A stretch of DNA of 64,000 nt from Macrostomum lignano (Eukaryota). How positions within the stretch are numbered: the first letter of the stretch is position 1; every line of letters begins with the position of its first letter. The position numbers and the translations under genes were made by a program. Shown piece by piece: positions 23,414-35,339 of this stretch. The DNA lies in contig NIVC01001297.1 in NCBI GenBank assembly GCA_002269645.1, positions 1 to 64,000 of the forward strand, written 5' to 3'. Under the pieces are notes generated by a model. That model saw nothing but the letters and a program-made list of their open reading frames with translations. It was not told the DNA's origin and searched no databases.

Positions 23414-23960
23414 TATATGAATCCTAATTTCCGGTCTACCAATACTATATGAATCCCCACTTCCAGTCTACCAATACTGAATGAATCCCAACTTCCGGTC
23501 TACCAATACTGTATGAATCCCCACTTCCGGTCTACCAATACTATATGAGTCCCTACTTTCGGTCTACCAATACTGTATGAATCCCCACTTCCGGTCTACC
23601 AATACTATATGAGTCCCTACTTTCGGTCTACCAATACTGTATGAATCCTAACTTCCGGTCTACTAATACTATATGAATCACAATTTCCGGTCTACTAATA
23701 CTGAATGAATCCCTACTTCCGGTCTACCAATACTGAATGAATCCTAACTTCCGGTCTAACCAATACTGAATGAATCCTAACTTCCGGTCTACCAATACTG
23801 TATGAATCCCAACTTCTGGTCTACTAACACTGCATGAACCCCCACTTCCTGTCTTCCAATACTGTATTAATACATCCACTTCCGGTCTACCAATACTGTA
23901 TTAATACATCCACTTCCGGTCTACCAATACTGTATTAATATACACACTTCCGGTCTAGCA
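23414..23960. repeat. 32-bp minisatellite, interrupted by the LTR element (left part at 21296-21373)
   Basis: TGTATGAATCCCCACTTCCGGTCTACCAATAC on both sides of the LTR element. Confidence 0.92.
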
Positions 23961-24216
23961 GCATACCAACAACACTTCGGAGTTCACAAATAGGACGCAT
24001 CATTATTTATGAAAGCTTAAAGCACGCAACCGCACCCAATAAAACCCACGCATTATACCAATAAAAAGACTATACGAGTATACACTCGATAATGAAAGCA
24101 ACGAACAAGCTTAGAGAAGCCACGCCCATTAGCATCATTCAATTAGTACAGGGTAAAGCTATATGAAATCTGAATTTCCATGCATCAATACAAGCAATGT
24201 CAAGCCTTGTACTTAC

Positions 24217-24300
24217 TAAAAGCAAAAAAGCGAAATCCCATACTGCAGAAGTACAGACCGAGCAGGGCCGCAGCGACGGTGGCAACTCTCCATTCGATAG
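24217..24300 (-). CDS. TM7SF3: TM7SF3 ortholog, exon 3 (not in the ORF track)
   Basis: TTTCAG acceptor and GTAAGT donor, 84 nt, phase 1-1; IEWRVATVAAALLGLYFCSMGFRFFAF resembles LFALLGFFICFFGHRF. Confidence 0.8.
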
Positions 24301-24592
24301 CTGAAAGTTATGTTATGATACTTGCGAGAGTCAGATGCGTTCATCGTTAAGCTGCTCTGCTGCCCTCCCAACGGGTTTGAACTGATAATCGAAAATTCTA
24401 GAAAATCCCAAGTGCTTTCTTAGAATAGAAATCGATCGCTACTCCAAGAAGTCAATTAATTGGCAGGAGCTTATACAGTTAACGGGTAAACGGCTGGAGT
24501 AACTATACATTTAACTTATTAACTAAATGCCTCGTCGCCTAATTAGTGCTTGTAAACACGTTTTTTCACTAATAAAATCCCGACGATCTCAC

Positions 24593-25462
24593 CAGAAGCG
24601 GCCACGCACTCAGGCGGGAAGCCGTGGCTCTGACACGCGTCCAAAGTGACGGGAACGTAGGCGCTAAACTGACCCGTATCTGTGCGTTCTACAACCACAG
24701 TGTACAGAACTGGCATTCCTGGCCTGGCGCCAACATCGAATTTCGAACCTGTCGGCCGTTTACCATTGCCGCCGTCCATAGCCAGCTGTTGGCCATAGAC
24801 AGTGGCCTGCTGAGCAGTTGCCATGCGCTTTAGGCCGGCTAGCCAGTCAGTCAGTTTGCCAGAATTCAAAGCCATAGCGTAGAGCCGGTAGCGCAGATTT
24901 CCCCGCTGTAGGCTGAGATTGCACGACTCCCTGCTGCGCTTGACCGTGTCAAATGAGCCGGCCAGCGCGTAGCCAAGCTGCCAGGCGATGCCGGACAGAA
25001 TGGCCGGCTTCGAGACTAGGCCAGGCGGATTAGCCACTGGCGAGGTGAGATCGCATCCACCTGGCAACGGCTCGTCCCAGGCTTTAGCAATGAATAGTAT
25101 CCAGGCTGTGATATTGCTAGGGGGGCCTGAGCTGGCATTGTCAGCCCGGATGTACCAATAGGCAATGCTGACGTTCAAAGAGATTAAGCCAGTCTGATGA
25201 CCGGAGCTGGTGTACAGCGGGTGGAAATCTGGCCTGGTTGACAGGGAGATCCGACTGTCGCTGGGCTGGTCAGGCGGCAGGTGGGCCTGCAACTGCAGGA
25301 AGGCGGTGTCGCTGGGTGCGCCGCCAGATGGCGTTGCCAAGGCAACAACTCCAGGCGGCGAAGTGGCACTACTAATGCTGACTGGTTCCAGTTGGTTCCA
25401 GTGATATTCGGCTGCCAATGCCTGCGGAACTGCATGGGCAATGAGAGTGCGGTGTTTGAAAT
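24593..25462 (-). CDS. TM7SF3: TM7SF3 ortholog, exon 2 (luminal domain)
   Basis: EPLPGGCDL, PGMPVLYTVVV and SAYVPVTLDAC match TM7SF3 PGACNL, GQGVIYNVIV and AAYIPAHTYAC; 870 nt, phase 1-1. Confidence 0.85.
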
Positions 25463-25923
25463 CTGAATTTTGATGACAGAAAATAAAAAACTGAAATTCA
25501 TAAATCCTAGTCAATTACCCAGGGGTCGATAAACTGTTTTACCTCAAGGGCCAGATAGAGAACCCAGTGCATGACTGCGCGCCAGAAGAGGGGAGAGAGG
25601 AGAAAAAGAGAAGAGAGCTGAAAAGATAAACAAACCTTGATTAAGCAGGCTGGATTGCTGAAGTTTCAGAGGACCCTGAGGGCTGGATAGAGGTTTTGCA
25701 GGCCACATGTGGCCAGAGGTTGCTGATCCTTGCTTAAGCCATTGGCTTTAATTAGGTTTTCCAATATTCTAAGTTGCACTTGTACATTTTAACCTAACTA
25801 GCTAAAATTGGAAAATCCATGTCTCATTTTGCCATTTAAATCTAAGCCCTAGCTGAAAAATTTGAAATTAAATTTTTAGAAAACAAAAAAACCTAATTTA
25901 AAAATCTTGAAATATTTAGCTTG

Positions 25924-26103
25924 CAGAGGCATAGCCAGGAATTTTTTATGGGAGGATGCAGGGATATGAGTAGCTTGCTGCTACTTGTACTTGCTGGCCT
26001 AATGAGCAGTTCACAGGAAAATTAAGTGCCATAAATCAATTTCTTACACCTATTGACTAGGCCCACAGGATATATCCCCATACCCCCCTTGCTTATGCCA
26101 CTG
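25924..26103. mobile_element. hAT MITE
   Basis: TIRs CAGAGGCATAGCCAGG and (rc) CAGTGGCATAAGCAAGG; 8-bp TSD TTAGCTTG. Confidence 0.75.
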
Positions 26104-27383
26104 TTAGCTTGGCTATAGACTTTTTATGCAGTGTATAAGATTCTTATAGCACAAAATAAACATATTTCAAACAAAACTAAAGCTAGGCCTATTGTGTATA
26201 TTAATTTCTTTTAGTTAGTATGAAAACTATGAATATTCTAGGAAGCTAAAACCCTATACTCATAATAGTAAAATTATGCATACTTAAACAAGAAAAAAAT
26301 GATAAAGGTCACTTTTATAGCTTCTACAACTAAGACTAAGTCTTAGTCTTAGTAGTAATCAATCAATAGCTCCTAGGCCTATAGGCTAGAAAATTGGCCA
26401 TGGTCAAGAAAAAGTAGTAATCAATCAGAAAATTATCTACACTATATGAAAAAAATAAGATTTCCTACATTAGCTAAGTGAGTTTTTATATATCATGCAA
26501 AAACTTATGGACAAAATATTAAATTTAGGGTTATGGTTAGGGTTAGGGTTGGGGTTAGAAGTTTGACAGGATATTTTTAAAGATTTCAAGGCTCCATGTA
26601 GCTTATTAAAAAAGGTATATTGCATTTCTTTGCCTCCCCAACTGGGGGCCTAGATTGCTAGTATTTTTCTAGTTATATTATAATAATAATAGGGTATCTA
26701 ATTGACTTTAATATTTATTCTTAGAAATATAAATATAAATGTATCTATGCTTCATTAACATGGAAATAGCCTATACCTTTAGCCTTAGTCAATATTAAGG
26801 AAAAATCATTATAATTATCAGGAAACTTCAGGAAACTTTATTATAATATAATTACTTTATTTAAGGAAACTTTATTAAAACTATTAATATAATATTGAGG
26901 TTGATAATATTAATAATTTATTATTACATTCAAAAGTTTTATACTTTAGGTTATTAAGGACCTAAATAGTATTACTAGCATTCCTTTACTTTAAGATCAC
27001 CATCCATATTGCCAGTTTTGGTTTACAATCACCTTATATTTTGCTCATTCTAGCGCTAAAATGGCTGACAAAAAATACACAAAATTGAAAGTGCTAGAAA
27101 GTTGCACTCAATGGATGCATTGACAGGTGTTGTTGATCTCATCTCGCCTGCTGCATGGCGTTTTGTAGATAGGGAGAATTGGGTCTCTCTATTGCATAGT
27201 ATTACCTATAATAATAGTAGGGCCTAGCCTATGAATGTCCCATGGCCATTGGCATGAATATGATCTAAATATATTAATTATACAAAAATGTTAACTATAT
27301 AGGAAGGCAACGAGCATATATAAACACTGCTATATTCTTATACTCATTAAACTGCTTTTAGGGAGGATAAATCGTCTACTTAC

Positions 27384-27474
27384 CTACTAGGCTGAAGCTG
27401 AAACATAGTGGCATCAGGAGTAGAAGCACACCTGGCCTTAGACTCACTGATGATGATGCATACAATTCAAGCAT
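27384..27474 (-). CDS. TM7SF3: TM7SF3 ortholog, probable exon 1 (signal peptide)
   Basis: MLELYASSSVSLRPGVLLLLMPLCFSFSLV then G|GTAAGT phase-1 donor; the six exons sum to 1836 nt (611 aa plus stop). Confidence 0.65.
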
Positions 27475-27828
27475 CTGTGATTAGAAACTTATAAAATTCA
27501 ACAAACTGAATCTTGAGAAGTTAGACACAGTAATAATTTTACAATAAAAGAGAAAGACAAATGACTTGCTAAGTTTTAATTGCCATCGCCCTCTGTTAAT
27601 AAAATTCCCAAACGATTTCTTAGAAAATCGGTCAATTAGTTCATAGAAGTTGGTAAGTTTGAAAGTTCGTTCTTGTGCATAATAAAACAAGACCCAAAGT
27701 CTCAAGTTTATTTTAAATTTCATTTGATGCAATTAATTCAAAGTTTTCAAACGTTTTTAGTATTTTCTGATAGTCAAAATATCAATCAAATATTATTTGG
27801 ATTTACGATTACTAAACACTCCTACACT

Positions 27829-28089
27829 GGGCCTTTTCATATTGCTTGTTCTGGTTCCAGAACCAGAACCAATTTGTGAAGTATAACTTTTTGTCTCCAT
27901 AACTAGAGGGAGATACGTGCTATAAAGTTTTTATTATTAAATGACAATCGCCAAAAAGAATGTTAAAAAATTGTGCTAAGTGAGGTTGTTAAGGCAGTCA
28001 AATATTAACAGAGTTTAATAGTTATACTGCTGTTTTTCTTGGAATTCCAAACCGATTCTGGTTCTGGAATTGGTAATATGAAAAGGCCC
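27829..28089. mobile_element. Harbinger-like MITE
   Basis: TIR GGGCCTTTTCATATT at both ends; 3-bp direct flank ACT. Confidence 0.7.
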
Positions 28090-29027
28090 ACTGTGTCGGA
28101 ACTTTGCGGAACTAGTAAACAACTGGACCACTAGGCGTAGTAGTGGCAGATAAAGGATACACCCGGGGGTCAGCCGGTACCGTGACCCCTCTGGATCTAC
28201 CAGTGGATTTCAAGCTCCAAACTTAAGAGACTTTAACGCAAAAATATAACTATACAAAAGGGCAAACGAAAAAAATAGATACATGCAGCAACTTTCATGC
28301 CACTTACTAATTCGTCAAGACGTATATTTAAGTCAATATAAAATTGACAGTACGTGTTCTTTCACAGTTACTCGTAATTTATCCGTCTCTCATGATTGTA
28401 CGCTTGTATGTCATACGAGGGTAAATTTTAATTATAATTTTTATATAGAACTGCTTGCTTCAGTTTCGACTCGAAATCAATACTTAATTACACATACTGA
28501 GAAATTATACGATGTGCATGTACTCTTAAGGTGTCAAAAGAATTACATGCATTAAATTGTCGTTCGCATCATGCAGACTCGCATTTACGTTTCATAAAGT
28601 TTCATAATATAAGGTTTCATAAGGCTTAGGGATTTCATTTCATATTTTAGGGAAATCTATATATGCATCATAATTCTAAACATTTATGTAATTCAATTTT
28701 CAGAAACCAGAGTCTATACAACTTCTCGTAATAACTGAATGTCCTTAGTTATAAATGAATTGGTGAGAGAAGCGTATATGTGAGCTAGCATTTCTTCTAT
28801 TTCCAACCAATAGGAAATTTTCTTTCGTAGGAAGATGCATTTTCTGAGTTAAGTCACAGACCCCAGCGGATGGCTTAAAAGCCGCTCAAATACGAGTACA
28901 AACAACGACAGAGACGCTCATTCCCATAATCGATATCGCGTCCGATTAAAACAAGAAGACCCACTTACTTTGCCTGTTTATTTTTACCAAATACTGTAAC
29001 ACCGATTTAGCAGGTGCATGCGACACG

Positions 29028-30671
29028 ATGCTTACGGACGCGGCTAAAAGAAAGATTTCCTCCTACCTTGTGCTCGTCATTTTCTTCCTCTACAAGTCAT
29101 CGGAAAGCCTATTGCAGCCATCCATTCGTATCTACATCTACCAGGAGGTGTGCATAGCCGAGGGACTGCCAGCCGAAGTCTGCAACGTCCACAAGCCGAA
29201 CGCTTGGTCCCAGTCTCACCAACCACCAGCAGTGTCTGTCGAGCAGCAGAACGATATGCAACGTACGGTGTCAAACTATCTATTGATTTATCGAATTCTG
29301 CTTAATCTGCCGGCCGTGTTCTTCTGCCTGTTTGCCGGATCCTGGAGCGACAGGGTTGGGCGCAAGTACCCGATGATGCTACCACCGCTTGGCGCAGTTT
29401 TAGCAGTGTTCTGTTTCGCACTCAGCACAATGCCCGGCACAGCCACCCTCACCTGGGTAATGATAGGCGCCACTATTTACGGATTTTTTGGCAAGTCGAC
29501 TGTCATGACCATGGCCTGCACCAGCTACGTTGCAGACACCAGCAGCCGGGAGGATCGCACTGAGCTGCTTGGCCGCCTGCTTGCCATGAACTTTTTTGGC
29601 ATCTTCTTCGGCTCTCTGCTCACGGGCGTGTTCCAAAGCCTGGGCGACATTTACGCCATGCTGATTACCAATTTGGTGATCAACCTTCTGCTAGAACTGG
29701 CCATCGTGGTGCTTGTCCGAGAGTCGGTGGAAACCGCTGACACAGCCAGCTGCGCCCAGCTTGCCTGTCCCTGCGTCAACACCGCCACTTGGAGCCTCTC
29801 GGTGCGCGACTCAATCGGCTTTCTGATGCAGAAGCGGCCCCAGCAGCTCAGTCTCATATTCCTGTTTGCCTCCCTGTGCGTTAATCAGATCTGCAAGCAA
29901 GGTGAGCAGGACGTAATTCTGCTGCTGGTCGAGCACGAGCCGTTCAATTGGCCGGGAGAATACTATGGCTACTACCTGTCAGTCTATTATGCCTGCATGG
30001 GCCTCAACCTGATTCTGGCGCTGCCGCTGCTTACCCGCTACCTCCAGCCAACCGACGCAGCTTTGGTAGCATTTGGCCTGCTAATGAAGACAATTCGCTT
30101 AGTAATCACCAGTCTGGCGGAGACCACCTGGCTGCTGTTTGCCAGCGCCGTTCTCGGCTGCTTCGCCGGCTTCATCGTCTCGGCCACAAAGTCGATGACG
30201 TCCAAGCTGGTGGACGAGAGCGAGACAGGACAGACCTTCTCGCTGCTGTCATGCGCCGAGGCGCTAGCGAATCTGCTTGGCCCGGCGATGTTCAACCCGA
30301 TCTACGGAGCCACCGTCGACATGTTCCCGGGCATGGTGTTCAGCCTGGACGCCTGTTTGCACTTCTTCCTAATGTGCTGCTTCCTAAGGCTCTACCTGCT
30401 TCAGCACCAAGAGAATTCAACGTCCGAGACTACGCCAGTGCTCGGCTCGGCGTCAATCAATCTGCAGTCACCGTCGTCATTATTTGAACAGCAGCTGCGT
30501 CCGCCGCAGCCGCCCAGTATTCGAATTCATGGTGTACGGAAACGTTCGGCAGCCGCGGCCGGCGAGGCTGACGAGGACGGCGAAGAAGACGGGAAAGAGG
30601 TGGACTGCGTCAGCGACTCTGACGATGGAGACCGACGATCAGCGATGCTAGACGCTGCGTGTGCGCACTAG
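29028..30671 (+). CDS. SLC46/PCFT-like MFS transporter, intronless CDS
   Basis: 547 aa with about 12 hydrophobic segments; MFS motif FAGSWSDRVGRK; KSMTSKLVDESETGQTFS in the C-terminal half. Confidence 0.92.
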   Translation: MLTDAAKRKISSYLVLVIFFLYKSSESLLQPSIRIYIYQEVCIAEGLPAEVCNVHKPNAWSQSHQPPAVSVEQQNDMQRTVSNYLLIYRILLNLPAVFFCLFAGSWSDRVGRKYPMMLPPLGAVLAVFCFALSTMPGTATLTWVMIGATIYGFFGKSTVMTMACTSYVADTSSREDRTELLGRLLAMNFFGIFFGSLLTGVFQSLGDIYAMLITNLVINLLLELAIVVLVRESVETADTASCAQLACPCVNTATWSLSVRDSIGFLMQKRPQQLSLIFLFASLCVNQICKQGEQDVILLLVEHEPFNWPGEYYGYYLSVYYACMGLNLILALPLLTRYLQPTDAALVAFGLLMKTIRLVITSLAETTWLLFASAVLGCFAGFIVSATKSMTSKLVDESETGQTFSLLSCAEALANLLGPAMFNPIYGATVDMFPGMVFSLDACLHFFLMCCFLRLYLLQHQENSTSETTPVLGSASINLQSPSSLFEQQLRPPQPPSIRIHGVRKRSAAAAGEADEDGEEDGKEVDCVSDSDDGDRRSAMLDAACAH

Positions 30672-31897
30672 TTTGGTTTCAACGATAAAATGATGCACTG
30701 AACACCCTGCAAGATGGGACTTTGTCCACTCGATGTTGTCTAACGCTCTCGGATTGACTTAGTCAGTCTTAGAAAAATAATAGAAGCTTAGTTACCATCC
30801 ATTTTAAATTAGCTACAAAGCTTTGAATAGAGATTTCTGCTTTCGTCTTCATGTTCGTGAAAACGACTTAAAATGGACCCGAATAAAAGTGGAAATAGAA
30901 GAAAAAGTTTAAATCCATCATACGAGCTAGTTATTTGTCTTTCAATATATGTCTTCTTATATACAGCTTCTAGGAGTAGGAAGCTCCCTTGGAGGCGTTG
31001 ACGATTCGAGGTCGCCTCACCCACCCTCAAAACATGCAACAAAAAAGCATGCTGTCAAAAGGTGTAAAAAGAAAATGTGAACAGGTCGATGGTCTGTGGG
31101 CACGGCCGGCGATATCGTCTTACAACCAGCGCTGACCTCCGACTCCTGAGCACATACAGGCTTGTACAATCTCTGAGCCTTAGGGGTTGGCACTCCTTTT
31201 CATTTAGCGCGGAGCTGCTCTGCCCCTCAAGTATTGGGCGCAGAGAATCTGAATAAATGGTCAAAAAAATGTTGCAGGGAGGGAAACGAGCTGTACGAGT
31301 ATTAAATGGTGAAAGATGCGAAAGTCTCGAAAAAGATCACTGAAAACATCGAAAAATGGAATCCCAAAGAACGCCAGCACGAACTTTCACAGCTATATTT
31401 AGAAGAAAAAATGGATTGTTGATTCCCAGCCTCAAACTGATCGAAGAAATGACAGCGGAGAAGCAAACAGATCGAGAGCGCTCTTTAAGAGGCCTCGAAA
31501 CGAGTGGCCGCCATCGTCTCTCGATCGTCTTCTTGAGCACTAAATCCCAAAGAAAATGAGACGCTATGCGTCGTCAGCAGAGCTAAGTCCCATCCTAGAT
31601 GAAGAATCTGGATCGGGGGGAGTTCGGACAGGGGATTAACCGCTGCAGCGGAGAAGCGCTAATTACCTCGCTGATCGTTTGGCCTAACCAGATGCAAGAG
31701 GAAGACTGCTGGACTAACGCTTCAAGGATTCCCTATTGCCTACCAGGATCAACGCTAACAAAATCGAAATGGATGCCGCAGTGACCCACAAGGCAAATTG
31801 CTGCCATACGAGTATCTGCGCCAGCATCTGTACTATTAACTGGCACATTGTAGTAAGCTTAAAAATTACCACCGCTAATGCAAACTAAGAAGTCTTT

Positions 31898-32817
31898 AGA
31901 TGGACTGGGATGCCTGTAGATGGATTGGGAAGCCTATAGATGGACTAGGAAGCCTGTAGATGGATGGACTGGGATGCCTGTAGATGGACTGGGAAGCCTA
32001 TAGATGGACTAGGAAGCCTGTAGATGGATGGACTGGGAAGCCTGTAGATGGATGGACTGGGAAGCCTGTAGATGGATGGACTGGGAAGCCTGTAGATGGA
32101 TGGACTGGGAAGCTTCTAGATAGATAGACTGGAAAGCCTGTAGATGGACTAGGAAGCCTGTAGATGGATGGACTGGGAAGCCTGTAGATGGATGGACTGG
32201 GAAGCCTGTAGATGGACTGGGAAGCTTCTAGATAGATAGACTGGAAAGCCTGTAGATGAACTGGAAAGCCTGAAGGTGGACTGGAAAGCCTGAAGGTGGA
32301 CTGGGAAGCATCTAGATAGATGGACTGGGAAGCCTCTAGATAGATGGACTGGGAAGCATCTAGATAGATGGACTGGGAAGCCTCTAGATAGATGGACTGG
32401 GAAGCCTCTAGATAGATGGACTGGGAAGCCTCTAGATAGATGGACTGGGAAGCCTCTAGATAGATGGACTGGGAAGCCTCTAGATAGATGGACTGGGAAG
32501 CCTCTAGATAGATGGACTGGGAAGCCTCTAGATAGATGGACTGGGAAGCCTCTAGATAGATGGACTGGGAAGCCTCTAGATAGATGGACTGGGAAGCCTC
32601 TAGATGGATGGACTGGGAAGCCTCTAGATAGATGGACTGGGAAGCCTCTAGATAGATGGACTGGGAAGCCTCTAGATAGATGGACTGGGAAGCCTCTAGA
32701 TAGATGGACTGGGAAGCCTCTAGATAGATGGACTGGGAAGCCTCTAGATAGATGGACTGGGAAGCCTCTAGATAGATGGACTGGGAAGCCTGTAGGTGGA
32801 CTGGGAAGCCTGTAGGT
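31898..32817. repeat. 24-bp minisatellite
   Basis: CTGGGAAGCCTCTAGATAGATGGA with 20-bp variants. Confidence 0.97.
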
Positions 32818-33022
32818 CATGGATGGGCAAACTCCGGCCCTCGGGTTCTTTGAAACTTCACAATAGCAATCCGGCCCCCTCAATGTTTATATCTCTCCTC
32901 AGCGCTCTTCTCTCTATTCTCTTCCTCTCTTCTCATCTCCTATCTCCCCTCCTCCGGCCCGCAGTCATTCTCTAGTAGGTTCTCTACTTGGCCCTTAAGG
33001 TAAAAAAGTTTGCCGAACCCTG
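32818..33022. mobile_element. hAT (Charlie-like) MITE
   Basis: TIRs CATGGATGGGCAAACT and (rc) CAGGGTTCGGCAAACT; flanks CTGTAGGT and CTGTAGAT (8-bp TSD with one mismatch). Confidence 0.75.
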
Positions 33023-34199
33023 CTGTAGATGGACTGGTAAGCTAACTAAAAACCTCTACATTAACATACTCAGACTAGCTCAGCTACAGCTCATCTTAAT
33101 TATGATAAATAAACAAGAATTCCTAATTTTCCAAGAACTCAGTAATAAACATTAATTATTGTTTGAGCATATTAATAATGCATGCGCTTGCTATGAAGAT
33201 TGGCACAAAAATATATTTCTCTCACCGCAAATTAAAGAATGAAAACAAAGACAGAAAATTGGTAAAGATAATTAAGCAACTAGGCCAAGAAGAGTAATAC
33301 ATAGTAATAGATTTGCTTTTTAGTACAGCCAAGTTCAAATCAGAACAGACAAGATCTCAATATAAATATACAAGTAGATTAGTTTAAGATCCGTATATTC
33401 TAATAGTGACACAAAAATCTACAATTTAACCTAACTTTAGATATTGCGCGCTTAAGCTACTCATAGTAGACACAAGGTGTGTATGCAGAGTTATTTTTAC
33501 AATAGATTTGTTCATACAATTCAATTTCTTGAAGATAAAAGCAGGAACAGCACAGAGCCAGGTAACAAAACGGATGCACAAGAAAAATCAATGCAAATAA
33601 CGAACCAACGGAAGAAGTCTCCACACAGCAGCAATCAAGCAACCAAAAAGAAATTACACAAAGTAAAAAGGTGGCAAAACACCTTTAATCTAAACTGTCA
33701 AATTATCCAAAAAATGTTGCACATCAAGCATAGTTTAAAAACAGTCTTCACATTTCTTCAATTAAGACTGCTTCTTGCATAGGCCTTTAAAAGCCTGAAG
33801 AGTTGAAACAGACGCATGCAATTTGTCACTAGAATAGAGGATAGATGTCAAAACTTCAAATATGATTTGTTCTGAAGCGCTACCAGGGAGGCAATAGAGA
33901 GTTGAGTAAAGAAAGCAGACAAGCTGTCATTTTTTTAGTAAGCATATTAGTAACCAGGCGTTATAGATGGCTTCAAAGCACCGAAGTAAGACAAAGGACT
34001 TGTCTGCATGGCGTGTAATGTCTCTAACTTCCAGGGTTACAGTTGGATTGGTAAGCAGACAATTAAGGTGAAATTAAAATCAGGATTCACTAAGAAACAC
34101 ATTATGGGATGGTATCACTAAGGATGCAATACTTACAAAATTTGTCCTAAGTCGAGTTCATATTCAGATTACTGAGAATTTAAGTGTGGAAAATACACA

Positions 34200-34650
34200 G
34201 GCCGCAGCCCCAAGTCAAGGCAAATGGAAATACCCCAGCCTAGCCAAGGTCAAATTTCGATTAACATGGCAATTCCAATGGAAAAACCCCAACTCTAAGT
34301 CAAGGTCACATTTCGATTACCATGGTAATTCAAATGGAAAAACTCCAACTCTAAGTCAAGATCACATTTCAATTACCATGGCAATTCAAATGGAAAAACC
34401 CCAACTCTAAGTCAAGGTCAAATTTCGATTACCATGGTAATTTAAATGGAAAAACCCCAACTCTAAATCAAGGTCACATTTCGATTACCGTGGTAATGCG
34501 AATGGAAAAACCCAACTCTAAATCAAGGTCACATTTCGATTACCGTGGTAATGCGAATGGAAAAACCGCAGCCCTAAGTCAAGGTCATATTATTAAAATT
34601 CGCTTGGAAATCCTTATGGAAAAAGCCCAGACCAAAAGTCAAGGTCACAA
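34200..34650. repeat. Degenerate ~51-bp tandem repeat related to the 59/60-bp satellite
   Basis: Core GGAAAAACCCCAACTCTAAGTCAAGGTCA followed by CATTTCGATTACCATGG. Confidence 0.85.
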
Positions 34651-34674
34651 AATAATCAACAAAAACAAGCAGAT

Positions 34675-35268
34675 TTAAAAGTCCTCATCGTCCAGGCTAA
34701 GCGGCAGCCGATCGTGATGATTGAAACCGCCGCCGCCGCCCCGACCTCCGCTACTATTAGTAGTATCGTCTAGCAGTCCGAACCGCCGATTGCGCCGATA
34801 CAAGCTAGTCCGGTAGGCTCGCATAGCGCCTAGGGCGAACACGCTAGTCAAACAGGCGACTAGCAGGAATGACACAAAAGTTGTCACCAGAGTCGACGAC
34901 AAATAGAACGACTTTCCAGCCTGGTCGTCGTCGTCGTCATCGCGTAGGATGGCTCTGATTGGCTCGGCCAGTTTCGGGCCGGCATCGTGCTCGGAGGCGT
35001 GCAGGCCCAGCAGCTCGCAGCACAGTGGATAAATATCCACCAGGCGGACCTGCGACACTGTTCGATTGGCTAGAAATGCCGGGCCCCATGCGGCGAAGAT
35101 CGGGTGCATATCCGGATCCGAATTATTGTATCCGTGATCCCCTAATCGCTCGCCACTTGTCAATACTTTATATTCATCGCAGGTATTGTTGTACACTATG
35201 GCTGAGTGCAGCTTAGCCACGAGAAAGATTGGCGCAATGCGCCTGTTATAGTTATAATGACTGCGGAT
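34675..35268 (-). CDS. ENPP4/5-like ectonucleotide pyrophosphatase/phosphodiesterase, exon 4
   Basis: CCGCAG acceptor; IRSHYNYNRRIAPIFL...GDHGYNNSDPDMHPIFAAWGPAF...VDIYPL, then a TM segment and short tail. Confidence 0.9.
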   Translation of the reverse strand: MRSHYNYNRRIAPIFLVAKLHSAIVYNNTCDEYKVLTSGERLGDHGYNNSDPDMHPIFAAWGPAFLANRTVSQVRLVDIYPLCCELLGLHASEHDAGPKLAEPIRAILRDDDDDDQAGKSFYLSSTLVTTFVSFLLVACLTSVFALGAMRAYRTSLYRRNRRFGLLDDTTNSSGGRGGGGGFNHHDRLPLSLDDEDF

Positions 35269-35339
35269 CTGCGGTGGCGTAAATAAAAATATTTATGATT
35301 AATACGCGTCTATTCACATAAACATATCATGCCTTATTG

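Noticed and set aside
31060-31620. Possible relic of a LINE APE endonuclease (…TDHRPV on the minus strand)
   Set aside because: One short motif among many stops and frameshifts; cannot be supported without a profile search.
32149-32883. (SRGFPVHL)n ORF of 244 aa
   Set aside because: 24-bp minisatellite frame.
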